Source: a candidate division WOR-3 bacterium
GTDB lineage: Bacteria > Hydrothermota > Tepidihabitantia > Tepidihabitantales > Tepidihabitantaceae
Direction of reading: 5' to 3'
DNA length: 64,000 nt
NCBI GenBank assembly: GCA_965649225.1
Contig: CBFGJX010000003.1
Coordinates: 32,001-96,000 of the forward strand
In this document: one piece after another, positions 8,088 to 17,675 of the stretch
Position numbering within the stretch: the first letter of the stretch is position 1
Layout of the letters: every line of letters starts with the position of its first letter
Translations under genes and position numbers: made by a program
Notes under the pieces: generated by a model
Seen by the model: the letters and a program-made list of their open reading frames with translations, nothing else
Database searches by the model: none
What the model was told of the DNA's origin: nothing

Positions 8088-8879
8088 ATGAAACGCTACC
8101 GCATCGGTTTCTTTCAGTTTCAACCCGTTCACCGGGACCCTCAAGCCAACATCAATCGTATCTGCGCGGCTCTGTCCAATGTTGACGCCGACCTGCTTGT
8201 CCTGCCCGAACTCTGCACCACCGGCTACCTCTTCGCCTCTGCAAGCGAACTGACCCAATATGCCGAGCCGGTTCCAACTGGCCCCGCCTGCAAGGCAATC
8301 GGACGTCTCAGCCACGAACGCAACGTCAGCATCGTTTTCGGCCTGCCGGAACTGACCCCGACTGCAATCTACAACAGCGCCGTCATGGTAACTCCGACCG
8401 ACAAGACTCACGTCTATCGCAAGACCCATCTGTTCTGGGAGGAGAAACAGCTGTTCAGCCGTGCTGTGAACCGCTTCTCCGCCATTGATATTCCAGGATG
8501 CCGCGTCGGACTATTGATTTGCTTTGACTACTTTTTCCCCGAGGCTGCCCGGGCGCTAGCACTCGACCGGGCGCTAGTAATCTGCCACCCGGCCAATCTG
8601 GTGCTTGACTACGCCCAGTCGATGACGATCACCCGGGCGGCTGAAAACCGCGTGTTCTGGGTACTGGCCAACCGGATTGGTGCCGAGAAGCTGGGTGAAA
8701 AGGAGATGCATTTCACCGGCCGGAGTCAGATTGTCGACCCGACCGGCCGACTCCTCTGCCGGGCCGAACCCGACCGTGAAGAATTGACCGTGCTCGAAAT
8801 CGACCTTGACCTGGCCGAGAACAAACTCGTTACCGCCGCCAACCACATCTTCGACGACCGCCGTACCGACCTTTACTGA
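8088..8879 (+). CDS. Carbon-nitrogen hydrolase (nitrilase family)
   Basis: Catalytic triad contexts LPELC, YRKTHL and ICFDYFFPE; RAAENRV...NRIG. Confidence 0.92.
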   Translation: MKRYRIGFFQFQPVHRDPQANINRICAALSNVDADLLVLPELCTTGYLFASASELTQYAEPVPTGPACKAIGRLSHERNVSIVFGLPELTPTAIYNSAVMVTPTDKTHVYRKTHLFWEEKQLFSRAVNRFSAIDIPGCRVGLLICFDYFFPEAARALALDRALVICHPANLVLDYAQSMTITRAAENRVFWVLANRIGAEKLGEKEMHFTGRSQIVDPTGRLLCRAEPDREELTVLEIDLDLAENKLVTAANHIFDDRRTDLY

Positions 8880-8932
8880 ACAAGCCGAGGCCGCACTGCC
8901 ATCACAGTGCCAGACCTCCAGCTCAATCTGGC

Positions 8933-9364
8933 TTAGAATTCATCTTTGCCGGTAAGCTCCTGCTCCATTTCGTCGGCCGCCTCGACAACGAACTTTATCA
9001 CCGACAGCAGTGTCTCAGCATCCGGCTCGGCCGAAATCTTGACTGAGAAAACCGCAAAATAGTCGTCGCCCATTTTCGCGGCTTCCCAGGCACCGAGTTT
9101 CATTTTACGGTTCTGTCTCAGCAACCGAAAAGAGACATCGGCCGGGAATTCGACCGGGCTCCGGTACGCCGGTGCCCAGACCTCACGCACTTCCATCCCG
9201 CGGTAGGTCGAAGTACCGGAATTGATCCAGACCAGTTGACTGCGGCCGTGGTCAAGCTGAAATCCGAGTCGGAAGTCGCCGTCTTCATCAATCTTGTATT
9301 TCAGACCAAGTTCAATCAGCAGCTTTTCCACCCTTGCGTCCGGGTGCTTTTTATCGCCGATCAT
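8933..9364 (-). CDS. YbjN-like (T3SS-chaperone fold) protein
   Basis: 143 aa with LKYKIDEDGDF, LLRQN..MKLGAW and ADEMEQELTGKDEF; SD GGAGG upstream. Confidence 0.6.
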   Translation of the reverse strand: MIGDKKHPDARVEKLLIELGLKYKIDEDGDFRLGFQLDHGRSQLVWINSGTSTYRGMEVREVWAPAYRSPVEFPADVSFRLLRQNRKMKLGAWEAAKMGDDYFAVFSVKISAEPDAETLLSVIKFVVEAADEMEQELTGKDEF

Positions 9365-9388
9365 TCTATCCTCCCTGCCACCAGCAGA

Positions 9389-9559
9389 CTACTTGTCGTA
9401 CAGCCAGGCCTCTGCCTTGTGCATTGCCTAACCGGCCGATTCGGCTTTGCCGATACGGGTGACTCCGGCATAGACAACATAGACATCCTTGCTCGAACGA
9501 TCCCATCGAACCTCAGTGCTCTTATGCGTCTTTCCTGATTTGACGTGCCCTATGGTCAT
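9389..9559 (-). pseudogene. 56-codon small ORF interrupted by an in-frame TAG
   Basis: MTIGHVKSGKTHKSTEVRWDRSSKDVYVVYAGVTRIGKAESAG*AMHKAEAWLYDK*. AGGA SD upstream, internal TAG at 9428-9430, ends just before the SD of the YbjN-like gene. Confidence 0.55.
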
Positions 9560-9705
9560 TCAGCGGTCCTTTCCGGCTCGGAATCATCGCGGACTTGCCC
9601 CCAAGAACAAGGCTGGAACTAAATTCTAGAACGTAGCATGCCAGGAAGTCAAGGTTCATCCACCCAAGAGGACGCTGCCGAAGAGACAATAAAGACAGCG
9701 GCCGG

Positions 9706-10671
9706 CTAGACAGCCTCGATTGTCGATGGCGGCTTGGTGGTGATATTATAGGTCACGCTCACCACCCCCGGCACCTCAATCGTGATGCGCTCGGCCAGCC
9801 GCTCCAGCTTCTCCCAGGGCAGGCGGGTCACCGTCGCGGTAACGGCGTCGGTGCTGTCAAAACAGCGCAGCTCGATTTGCTCGCCGAATTCACGTCTGCC
9901 GCCCCGCATCCCGGTCACCTTGTCCTGATGCAGAACGGCGAGATACTGAAACGCCTTGCAGCCGGCAAGCTCGGCCTCCAGAATCGCGGTCGCCTTGCGC
10001 ACTGTCGCCACGCGCTCGCGCGTCACCTCGCCGATGACCCGTGCCGCCAGCGCTGGACCCGGAAACGGCGGCCGCGCGTAAATTTCCTCAGGCAACCCCA
10101 GCGCCTTGCCGACCATGCGGATTGCGGTCTTGCGCAGTTGCAGCACCGGCTCCAGCACCTTGTACCCGAACTCCTTCTGGGTATCGATCCCAAGCTGTTC
10201 GAGGATGTTGTGCTGACGCTTCACGCCCGCGACCGTCTCCTCCACATCGGTCCAGTTCGTACCTTGCAGGAGAAACTTCGCGCCGCTTGCGCGCACCAGT
10301 TCTCCGAACACCTTCTTGTAGAACGTCTGGGTAATCGCCTCGCGTTTCTGTTCCGGGTCAACGAGACCCGCAAGAGCCCCGAAGAACGCGTCCTCGGCAT
10401 TGATCAGTTCGACCTCGACGCCGAGTTTTGCGAACACACCGATGATGTACTCCGGTTCGCCCTCGCGCATAATGCCGTTGGACACGAAGTAGGTCTTCAG
10501 CCGCCTGCCCAGTGCCCGGTGCCCGAGCATCGTCACGACCGACGAATCCACCCCGCCGGACAGGGCATTCACGGCCAGCCCGTCGCCCACGGTCCGGCGC
10601 AGCGACTCGACCTGCTCGTTGATGAACTGCTCGACGTTCAGTTGCTCGGGCGTTATCTCTTTGACGTTCAC
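9706..10671 (-). CDS. guaA: GMP synthase ATP-pyrophosphatase subunit (stand-alone, no glutamine amidotransferase domain)
   Basis: ALSGGVDSSV PP-loop, DPEQKR, QGT...D.EE, VKRQHN, RPPFPGPALAARV, YNITTKPPSTIE; only 321 aa. Confidence 0.88.
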   Translation of the reverse strand: MNVKEITPEQLNVEQFINEQVESLRRTVGDGLAVNALSGGVDSSVVTMLGHRALGRRLKTYFVSNGIMREGEPEYIIGVFAKLGVEVELINAEDAFFGALAGLVDPEQKREAITQTFYKKVFGELVRASGAKFLLQGTNWTDVEETVAGVKRQHNILEQLGIDTQKEFGYKVLEPVLQLRKTAIRMVGKALGLPEEIYARPPFPGPALAARVIGEVTRERVATVRKATAILEAELAGCKAFQYLAVLHQDKVTGMRGGRREFGEQIELRCFDSTDAVTATVTRLPWEKLERLAERITIEVPGVVSVTYNITTKPPSTIEAV

Positions 10672-10790
10672 GTTGCCTCCTGTGCGACCGCTCTTACCAA
10701 GCCTAGGTCGGCTGATGCCTTGGTCAAGCTTGGGCTACCGCTCTTTGAATATTGCCACTCCGTCCTGATGTGCTAAACTGCGGCGAGTAA

Positions 10791-12152
10791 ATGCCAGCAC
10801 ATTATCGTCTGAAGTTATCGCGTCAGGTCGGCCACACCTTTGCCGGTTTGGCCCTAGGACTGATAGGTTACCTCCTGCCCCTGCCCGGCATCCCCGAGCC
10901 GGCACGGCGCTGCCTCGGCATCATCATCGTCGCCGCATACCTCTGGGTGACCGAAGCAATCCCGCTGTATTCAACCTCTTTTCTCGTCGTATTTCTCGAA
11001 GTCACCCTGCTCACCGGTCCACTCAAGCTCGAACCGGCGGTATTCATTGCACCGTTCTTCGACAACGTGATAATGCTCTTCCTAGGCGGGTTCGTGCTGT
11101 CCGAAACACTGGGCAAGTTCGGACTCGACACACTGCTCGCCGGAGCCATCCTGGAACGCACGGGCACAAGACCCAATCGAGTATTGCTTGGGATGATGTT
11201 TGTCGCCGCGTTTCTGTCAATGTGGATGTCCAACACCGCGGCCACCGCCCTGCTCATCGGAATGGGCCTGACCGTAATCCGTGACCTGCCCGAGGACGAC
11301 CCGTTCCGCACCGCACTCATCCTCGGTATTCCGTTCGCGGCCAATGTCGGTGGTATCGCCACACCCATCGGCTCGCCGCCCAATGCCATCGCCATTGGCA
11401 TTCTCGCCAAACAGGGCATTCGGCTGTCGTTCAGCAGGTGGGTACTGTTTGGCTTGCCGGTTACCGTCGCACTGTTTCTTTTTACCTGGTGGCTCCTGCT
11501 GCGGCTCTTTCCGCCTCACGCCAAGACCGTCACCATTCCGCCCCGCCGGCGGGAGTCGCTGAGTCCTCGTCAGAAGGCGATTGTCGTTGTATTTGGGGTG
11601 ACGGTTCTACTCTGGCTGACAGCCGAACTGCACCGCATACCATCATCAGTAATCGCAATCATTCCTGCCCTGATTTTCACCGGGTTCGGCTTCCTTGATT
11701 CTGAAGACTTCGGCCGTATCGGCTGGGACATACTGATTTTGATGGGTGGCGGCCTTTCGCTCGGCGTAGCCATCCGCTCGTCCGGCCTGGCCAATTGGCT
11801 GCTGCAATCTCTGCATCTTGGCGGGATGAGCCCGCTTCTGCTCGCCGCGGTCGCGATGCTTGTCGCACTGGCGGTCACGACCTTCATATCCAACACCTCA
11901 GCGGCAGCGATGCTGCTGCCGCTGGTTGCCGGTCTTTCTGATCAACCGGCAGCATTGGTCATGGCAGTGGGTATTGCGGTGTCGCTGTCAATGATTCTGC
12001 CCATTTCAACCCCACCCAATGCCATCGCCTACGGCTCGGGCCTGGTCAAAGTACGGACGATGGCCGCTGTCGGAGCCCTCGTGTGTACCGGCGGTTTGGT
12101 CGTGGTGATCGCCATCGTGTTTGCCGTGTCCAAACTGCTCGGCTACCTGTAA
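10791..12152 (+). CDS. DASS/SLC13 family anion (di-/tricarboxylate or sulfate) transporter
   Basis: Two SNT motifs (MSNTAAT, ISNTSAA), TPIGSPPNAIA and PISTPPNAIAYG. Confidence 0.9.
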   Translation: MPAHYRLKLSRQVGHTFAGLALGLIGYLLPLPGIPEPARRCLGIIIVAAYLWVTEAIPLYSTSFLVVFLEVTLLTGPLKLEPAVFIAPFFDNVIMLFLGGFVLSETLGKFGLDTLLAGAILERTGTRPNRVLLGMMFVAAFLSMWMSNTAATALLIGMGLTVIRDLPEDDPFRTALILGIPFAANVGGIATPIGSPPNAIAIGILAKQGIRLSFSRWVLFGLPVTVALFLFTWWLLLRLFPPHAKTVTIPPRRRESLSPRQKAIVVVFGVTVLLWLTAELHRIPSSVIAIIPALIFTGFGFLDSEDFGRIGWDILILMGGGLSLGVAIRSSGLANWLLQSLHLGGMSPLLLAAVAMLVALAVTTFISNTSAAAMLLPLVAGLSDQPAALVMAVGIAVSLSMILPISTPPNAIAYGSGLVKVRTMAAVGALVCTGGLVVVIAIVFAVSKLLGYL

Positions 12153-12162
12153 AGGAGACAAA

Positions 12163-12528
12163 ATGGAAAGCGCCAAGGCGGAGTGCTGCCCCAGGTGCAA
12201 CGGCACCCGCATGACCAATCTAGTCTATGTTCGCACTGGCCACGACACCTGCGTTTTTGTCAAATGCGCTGATTGCGGTAGCTATGTCGCCCGCTACGTC
12301 CTGTCCCGATACACGTCAGATCGGACCTATGAATCTCTCTTGGAGAATCTGCGCGGCTTTGCCCATGGTTCGGGTAAGCGCTGCCTTCAGGAAATCGAAG
12401 AATTCAACACAATGGTCAGGGCGGAATTCGAGCACGTCCAGAAGATTGCTGCTGCGAATCCGCAGGACCGCCGCGTAGAAGAAATGATCCGCGATGCCCA
12501 CGAAGATGGCGCGGCTGACGGTGGCTGA
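12163..12528 (+). CDS. Hypothetical zinc-ribbon protein
   Basis: AAGGAG SD before ATG 12163; CPRC and CADC pairs; 10 nt after the DASS stop. Confidence 0.7.
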   Translation: MESAKAECCPRCNGTRMTNLVYVRTGHDTCVFVKCADCGSYVARYVLSRYTSDRTYESLLENLRGFAHGSGKRCLQEIEEFNTMVRAEFEHVQKIAAANPQDRRVEEMIRDAHEDGAADGG

Positions 12529-12578
12529 CCGACAACCGCCGCACTTGACACCACGACCGGGGGCAGTATTATTTCTCA

Positions 12579-12640
12579 GTCGCTGGTTCTAGAACAGCGA
12601 CAAGCAGACAAACGAGCCGCAGGGCGGCTCGATTTGTTTT
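12579..12640 (+). ncRNA. Candidate ~60-nt small RNA
   Basis: TTGACA-16-TATTAT promoter (12545-12572), hairpin GTCGCTG...CAGCGAC, then a terminator hairpin; no start codon. Confidence 0.4.
12606..12640. terminator. Bidirectional intrinsic terminator
   Basis: cgagccgc-agg-gcggctcg flanked by agacaaa and atttgtttt, between convergent transcription units. Confidence 0.75.
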
Positions 12641-12688
12641 CTCCAATTTCCAGACCGCCGATTATTCTCTCTGTCGGGCTTCTTCCGC

Positions 12689-13436
12689 TCAGTATTCACC
12701 GCGATTGAAGCTCACTATTGCCGCGACGGTCGCAAGCACCGCAAAGACCACGATGCAACCCAGGTCCAGCCACACCGGGTAGAATCCAAACCCCAGCGCC
12801 AGCCGGCGCAGGAGGTCAACGCCATAGGTCAAGGGGTTAGTACGCACCAGTATCCCAAGCCACGCCGGCAGGCCTCTGGCAGGGAACAGCGCACCAGAAA
12901 GGAACCACATCGGCATGATGATGAAGTTCATTATCGTTCCGAATCCCTGAAAACTGGTCATCCGTGCCGCAATTACGATACCGACATTGGTCAGCGCATA
13001 GGAAAGCAGCGCCATCACCAGCACGAGCAGCGGGATGTTGTACCACGACGGCGTCACCTTCACCAGCGGCGCGAGCGCGAGGATGATCCCGCCCTGTATC
13101 AGCGAAAGTGTCATCCCCGAGAAAGCCTTGCCCACGGCGATGGACGAGCGCGGCACTGGGGTAACCAGGATGGCCTTGAGAAACCCGAACTCGCGGTCCC
13201 AGATGATGGAGATGGCCGACTGGATAGACGTGAATATCGTGGTCATCGCCAGGATTCCGGGAAACAGAAACTGGGTGTAGTTCGCGCCCTGCACCCCGGC
13301 TCGACCCGCGCAGACCCATCCCAAGGACGAACAGCCACAGTATCGGCCGCGAGATGGACGAATAGAACTGGCTCTTCTCGCGGAAGTAGCGGATGATGTC
13401 GCGCTGCCAGATGGTGAAAACCGCGGTGAAGTCCAT
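12689..13436 (-). pseudogene. ABC-2 type permease (DrrB-like), split by a single-base frameshift
   Basis: The N-terminus (MDFTAVFTIWQRD...RPILWLFVLGMGL) and the remainder (NYTQFLFPGI...DREFGFLK...NPLTYGVD) are in different frames. Deleting one base of the C4 run at 13294-13297 restores one ORF. Confidence 0.8.
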
Positions 13437-13442
13437 CTGTCT

Positions 13443-14426
13443 CTAACGCCAGGCCCGGCCCACGCGCCGCAGGCGCGACCGGTTCTTGTCCCCTTCGCTT
13501 GCCCCGGTGTCGCGTATCTGCCGGCCGGTCAGCTTGAGAAACACATCATCCAAAGTCGGCTTGCGCAGGTCCACGCGCCGCACCGGCACCGAGAGCTCCT
13601 TCAGCAGCCGCGGCAGGAAACTTGCGCCCTCCCCGACCTCGATACTGAGCCCTGTTTCGACCGGCTTCGCTTCCACTGCCCAGCGCGCCCTGATCTCCGT
13701 TGCCGCGGCCGCGTCGTTCTCGGTCGCCAGCTCCACCAGGTCGCCGCGCACCGCCGCCTTGAGCCGCGCCGGCGTGTCCAGCGCGATGATGCGGCCCTGG
13801 TCGATGATGGCGATGCGGTCGCAGTACTCGGCTTCGTCCATGTAGTGCGTCGTCATGAACAGCGTGATACCGCGCTCGCGCTTGAGCCGCTCCAGGTGCT
13901 CCCAGATGCGGCCGCGCGTCTGCGGGTCGAGTCCGAGCGTCGGCTCGTCCAGAAACAGCACGTCGGGCGAGTGTATCAGGCCGCGCGCGATCTCGAGGCG
14001 CCGCTTCATTCCGCCCGAGAATTCACGCACGAGGCTGTTCGCGCGGTCCGCCAGCTCCATCCACTCCAGAGCGCCGTCGATGCGTGGGCCGAGTTCGGGT
14101 CCGGGAATGCGGTACAGCCGCGCCGCGAAGCGCAGGTTCTCGCGTGCGGTGAGCCGGTCATCCAGCGACGGGTCCTGAAAGATGATGCCGATGTGCGATC
14201 GCACCTCCCGCCTCTGGCGCACCACGTCGAACCCGGCCACGCTCGCCTGCCCGCCGCTCGGCATCGCCAGAGTGCACAGCATCCGCACGGTCGTGGTCTT
14301 GCCCGCGCCGTTCGGCCCGAGGAATCCGAACACCGTGCCCGGCTCGACCTCGAACGACACGCGGTCGACCGCGACGAAATCGCGGAACCGCCGGGTCAGC
14401 TCGCGGGTGACGATTGCCGGGTTCAT
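13443..14426 (-). CDS. ABC transporter ATP-binding protein (DrrA-like)
   Basis: GPNGAGKTT, FSGGMKRR, FLDEPTLGLDPQ, TTHYMDEAE, KPTLDDVFLKLTG. Confidence 0.93.
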   Translation of the reverse strand: MNPAIVTRELTRRFRDFVAVDRVSFEVEPGTVFGFLGPNGAGKTTTVRMLCTLAMPSGGQASVAGFDVVRQRREVRSHIGIIFQDPSLDDRLTARENLRFAARLYRIPGPELGPRIDGALEWMELADRANSLVREFSGGMKRRLEIARGLIHSPDVLFLDEPTLGLDPQTRGRIWEHLERLKRERGITLFMTTHYMDEAEYCDRIAIIDQGRIIALDTPARLKAAVRGDLVELATENDAAAATEIRARWAVEAKPVETGLSIEVGEGASFLPRLLKELSVPVRRVDLRKPTLDDVFLKLTGRQIRDTGASEGDKNRSRLRRVGRAWR

Positions 14427-14429
14427 CGA

Positions 14430-15320
14430 CTATCCGGCGGGCCCGAGCGCCGGCTTCTGCCGGTCGGTCGCCGCAAGGTAGATTGCCGCCAGTATCACCA
14501 GCCCGCCCAGCAGCTCGAACACCCGCGGCGTTTCGCCGAGAATGGCCCACGCCAGCAGGGTAGTGCCCACCGGCTCGCCGAGGATGGCCATCGCCACGAT
14601 CGGCGTGGCCAGCCAGCGCAGGGCCCAGTTGAACGCGGTGTGGCCAAGCAGTTGCGGCCCGACCGCGAGCAGCGCGATGAACAGCCACGCCCGCGGGGGC
14701 AGGCCGGTAACCTGCGTCCCTGATGCGAGCGCGACCGGAACCAGGGCCAGCGCCGCTATGCCGTAGACGATGAAGATGTACGTGAGCAGCGATACCCGCG
14801 GCCGCACGCTCCGGCCCACGAGCAGGTACCCGGCCGCGCACGCCGAGCCGCCGACCGCGAGCAGGTTGCCCGAGGTCAGCGACGCCGAACCGAGATTGGG
14901 CCCGGCCACGACCAGCGCCCCGACAACACCCAGGACCACGGCCAGCCACACCCGCGCCGAGGCGCGCTCGCGCACGAACAGAGGCGACAGCAGCGAGACG
15001 AATATCGGATCCATCGTGACCAGCACGACCGAGCTGACCACCGATGTCCGGTTGAGCGACTCGATCCACAGCGCGAAATGCGCTCCGAGCAGGAGGCCCG
15101 ACACCACCAGCGGCCACGGACTCACCCCGCGCAGCTCGGCCCGCGCCGCGGGCAGGCGCAAAAGAAACAGCGGCGTGAGTATCAGCGTGGAGATTGCCAT
15201 CCGGCCGGCCGCGATGACGATGCTCGCGGCCGGTGTCAGGCGAATCAGCACCGACGCGAACGACAGCACGATAACGCCCAGCCCGAGACCGAGCAGCACG
15301 CGTGCGCGCGTCGTGTTCAC
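14430..15320 (-). CDS. DMT/EamA family transporter
   Basis: About 10 hydrophobic segments; HFALWIESL..TSV, PQLLGHTAFNWAL and EPVG motifs. Confidence 0.88.
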   Translation of the reverse strand: MNTTRARVLLGLGLGVIVLSFASVLIRLTPAASIVIAAGRMAISTLILTPLFLLRLPAARAELRGVSPWPLVVSGLLLGAHFALWIESLNRTSVVSSVVLVTMDPIFVSLLSPLFVRERASARVWLAVVLGVVGALVVAGPNLGSASLTSGNLLAVGGSACAAGYLLVGRSVRPRVSLLTYIFIVYGIAALALVPVALASGTQVTGLPPRAWLFIALLAVGPQLLGHTAFNWALRWLATPIVAMAILGEPVGTTLLAWAILGETPRVFELLGGLVILAAIYLAATDRQKPALGPAG

Positions 15321-15323
15321 CGG

Positions 15324-17675
15324 CTAATTCTCACCGAACAGGCGCGAAGTCAAGCCGCGCCGGGCCGGGGCGAGGCGGCCGCCCGGCCCGCACCAGAGCA
15401 CCAGCCCGCCTGACCTGCGCGTGTTGTACAGCTCGATGCCGGCCGAGTCGAGCCGCGCCTCCAGCCCCGCCGGCGTCGGGTCCCGGCCCATCACGATGAC
15501 CTTCCGGGGCCGCACCAGCGCGAGCACGGTATCACGATTACCTGCAACACTGCCGTGATGCGGTGACTTGAGAATGTCGGCCCTGATATCCTGACCAAAA
15601 CGTTCAAGCGACTCCATGTCTCCACTCAGCAACAGCCGAACGGAATCGCAAAGGGCCATCGCAACCAGGGAAACCTGGTTCGAGGAAGCGATACCTTGTT
15701 CGAACAGCAACCGAGTGTGAGTATCCGGCCAGAGAAAACACAGGCTGAACTCGCCGAACCTGATAGTCGTACCGCGACTGGCAATCCGGACATCGGTCCC
15801 GCGGTTTCTGTAAGTTTCCAGCAGTCGTCGGTAGGCGCTGTCACCGACCATCGTTGGAACAACCAGCCGACCGATTGTCACCCGACGATCCAGATCCAAG
15901 AGTCCACCATAGTGGTCACGGTCAGGATGACTGATGACGGCAACATCGATCCGATGAATACCACCAGAACGCAGCCAGTCGCGTACCACACCCGGGCCAT
16001 CGACACCGGCATCGAATAGCATGATTATGCCGGCACGCGACCGAAGCAACGTTGCGTCACCACCCCCGGGATCAAAGAAAACTACCGTGGACCGCGACTG
16101 GGCCAGAGCTTTGCCCCCAAGAGCAACCGCTGCTCCGCCCAGCAGTATCAGCAGACCTGTCCTGCGCCAAGCCGGACGACGGGAGAAAACCAGTCCCGAG
16201 CAGTACAGCCAGACAACGCCAGCCCACGAAAGGCGACCGGGCTCCGCCACCGCCCAGCCAACCGCGCTCATCGCCGAACCGAGTCGCAGCAGCAGTGACA
16301 AGCTCAACCTCAGCGCCTCAACCAGCACTGTTCCCAGCCCTGGCACCGGATCGAGGACAATTGCCAGCAATCCGAGTGGTAACGCCAGACCAACCACAGG
16401 AACCGTGACCAGGCTTGACACGAAACTCAACGGCTGGAACCGGCCAAAGTGGTGGAGCAACAAAGGCATCGTCGAAATGGTTGCACCAAGTGCAACCGCC
16501 ATAGCCGGCAGAATCCTCCGGAAAAGAAGACGAAACAGCCAGCCCCTGAACCCGGGCCGCAGGCTCATCTGTCTTACCCAACCCGCCTGCGACCAATCAC
16601 CCCGGGTATCGAACAATGCGCGCAGCTTATCCACTGTCAGAATAATCCCGGTCGTCGCGGCGAACGACAACTGAGCGCTGACCGAAAACAAAGTACTTGG
16701 ATCGAGAAGTAACAGCACTATTGCTGCAACTGCCAGCAAACCGAGCGGCTGTACGCGCCTTTGCAGCGGCAGTGCCGCCAGGACCGCCGTGGCCATTAGC
16801 GCCGCGCGCACTGCCGACGCTGAACCACACATGACTGCGTAAACGGTCACTAATGCTGCAGCGCCGAAAAAGCGGGCCCAGCCGCGCATGCCGGCGATGT
16901 CCAAAAGCAGCAGAATTGCACCGAGTAGAACACCGACATGCAGGCCCGACACAGCCAGAATGTGCAGAATGCCGGCCTCAGCGAATGCCAGCCGGGTTCT
17001 CTCGCTCAACGATTTGCTTCCCCCCAACAGCAGGCCCCGGAACAAAGCTCCCTCGTCACCCTGAAGGCGCCGGGTAATGAATCTGACAAGATGACGACGC
17101 AAAGGCATTACCAGCAGCCGTACCGGCGAAAGCAACCACTTCCGACCGACGATTGCAAACTCACCCGGTTTGAGAACCATCTGCCCGACCAGTCCGCGCT
17201 CTAGCAACGCTGCGTTCTGGTCCGGCAATCCGGGATTTCTCGGGTAATCAAACCGTTGAATCCGGGACCGGGCGATGAGAACGTCGCCATAACCGAGTGT
17301 CGCCAAAGAATCGCCAAGCCAGACACGGATGTTGCCGCTCGATTCATGTTGCAGTGCAACCACTGCCGGGTCACCCGGCAGAATCGGTTCAGCGACAACG
17401 ACACCACGTATGACCGTCTTCTGATAAATCACCGGATCAGGAATCTTCGGTCTGCTTGCAGCCGAATAAAGCCCCGCCAGCGCCGCCACTATTCCCAGCA
17501 GAGTGAATCCTCGTGTAGGTCGCCAGAGGGCCACTCCGAACGCCGCGGCGAGCAGCCAGACCCACCAGGGCAGGTCGACTGTTCGACCGGCAGCGATACC
17601 CACTGCCAGAGCCACCAGGGCCCGCAGGGCCGCATGGCGCATGCCAATTCCTGAAACCGGGTTGGCTCCAATCAC
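15324..17675 (-). CDS. comEC: DNA uptake protein ComEC/Rec2
   Basis: PRNPG, HILAVSGLHVG, SAVRA, QLSF; C-terminal beta-lactamase fold SHPDRDHYGG and KSPHHGS. Confidence 0.92.
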   Translation of the reverse strand: MIGANPVSGIGMRHAALRALVALAVGIAAGRTVDLPWWVWLLAAAFGVALWRPTRGFTLLGIVAALAGLYSAASRPKIPDPVIYQKTVIRGVVVAEPILPGDPAVVALQHESSGNIRVWLGDSLATLGYGDVLIARSRIQRFDYPRNPGLPDQNAALLERGLVGQMVLKPGEFAIVGRKWLLSPVRLLVMPLRRHLVRFITRRLQGDEGALFRGLLLGGSKSLSERTRLAFAEAGILHILAVSGLHVGVLLGAILLLLDIAGMRGWARFFGAAALVTVYAVMCGSASAVRAALMATAVLAALPLQRRVQPLGLLAVAAIVLLLLDPSTLFSVSAQLSFAATTGIILTVDKLRALFDTRGDWSQAGWVRQMSLRPGFRGWLFRLLFRRILPAMAVALGATISTMPLLLHHFGRFQPLSFVSSLVTVPVVGLALPLGLLAIVLDPVPGLGTVLVEALRLSLSLLLRLGSAMSAVGWAVAEPGRLSWAGVVWLYCSGLVFSRRPAWRRTGLLILLGGAAVALGGKALAQSRSTVVFFDPGGGDATLLRSRAGIIMLFDAGVDGPGVVRDWLRSGGIHRIDVAVISHPDRDHYGGLLDLDRRVTIGRLVVPTMVGDSAYRRLLETYRNRGTDVRIASRGTTIRFGEFSLCFLWPDTHTRLLFEQGIASSNQVSLVAMALCDSVRLLLSGDMESLERFGQDIRADILKSPHHGSVAGNRDTVLALVRPRKVIVMGRDPTPAGLEARLDSAGIELYNTRRSGGLVLWCGPGGRLAPARRGLTSRLFGEN

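Noticed and set aside
9428..9430. Genome-wide TAG reassignment
   Set aside because: TAG terminates conserved genes such as rpmJ, infA and hydA at their expected ends.
12579..12601. GTCGC-starting palindrome as a CRISPR repeat
   Set aside because: Single copy, no spacers and no cas genes in the window.
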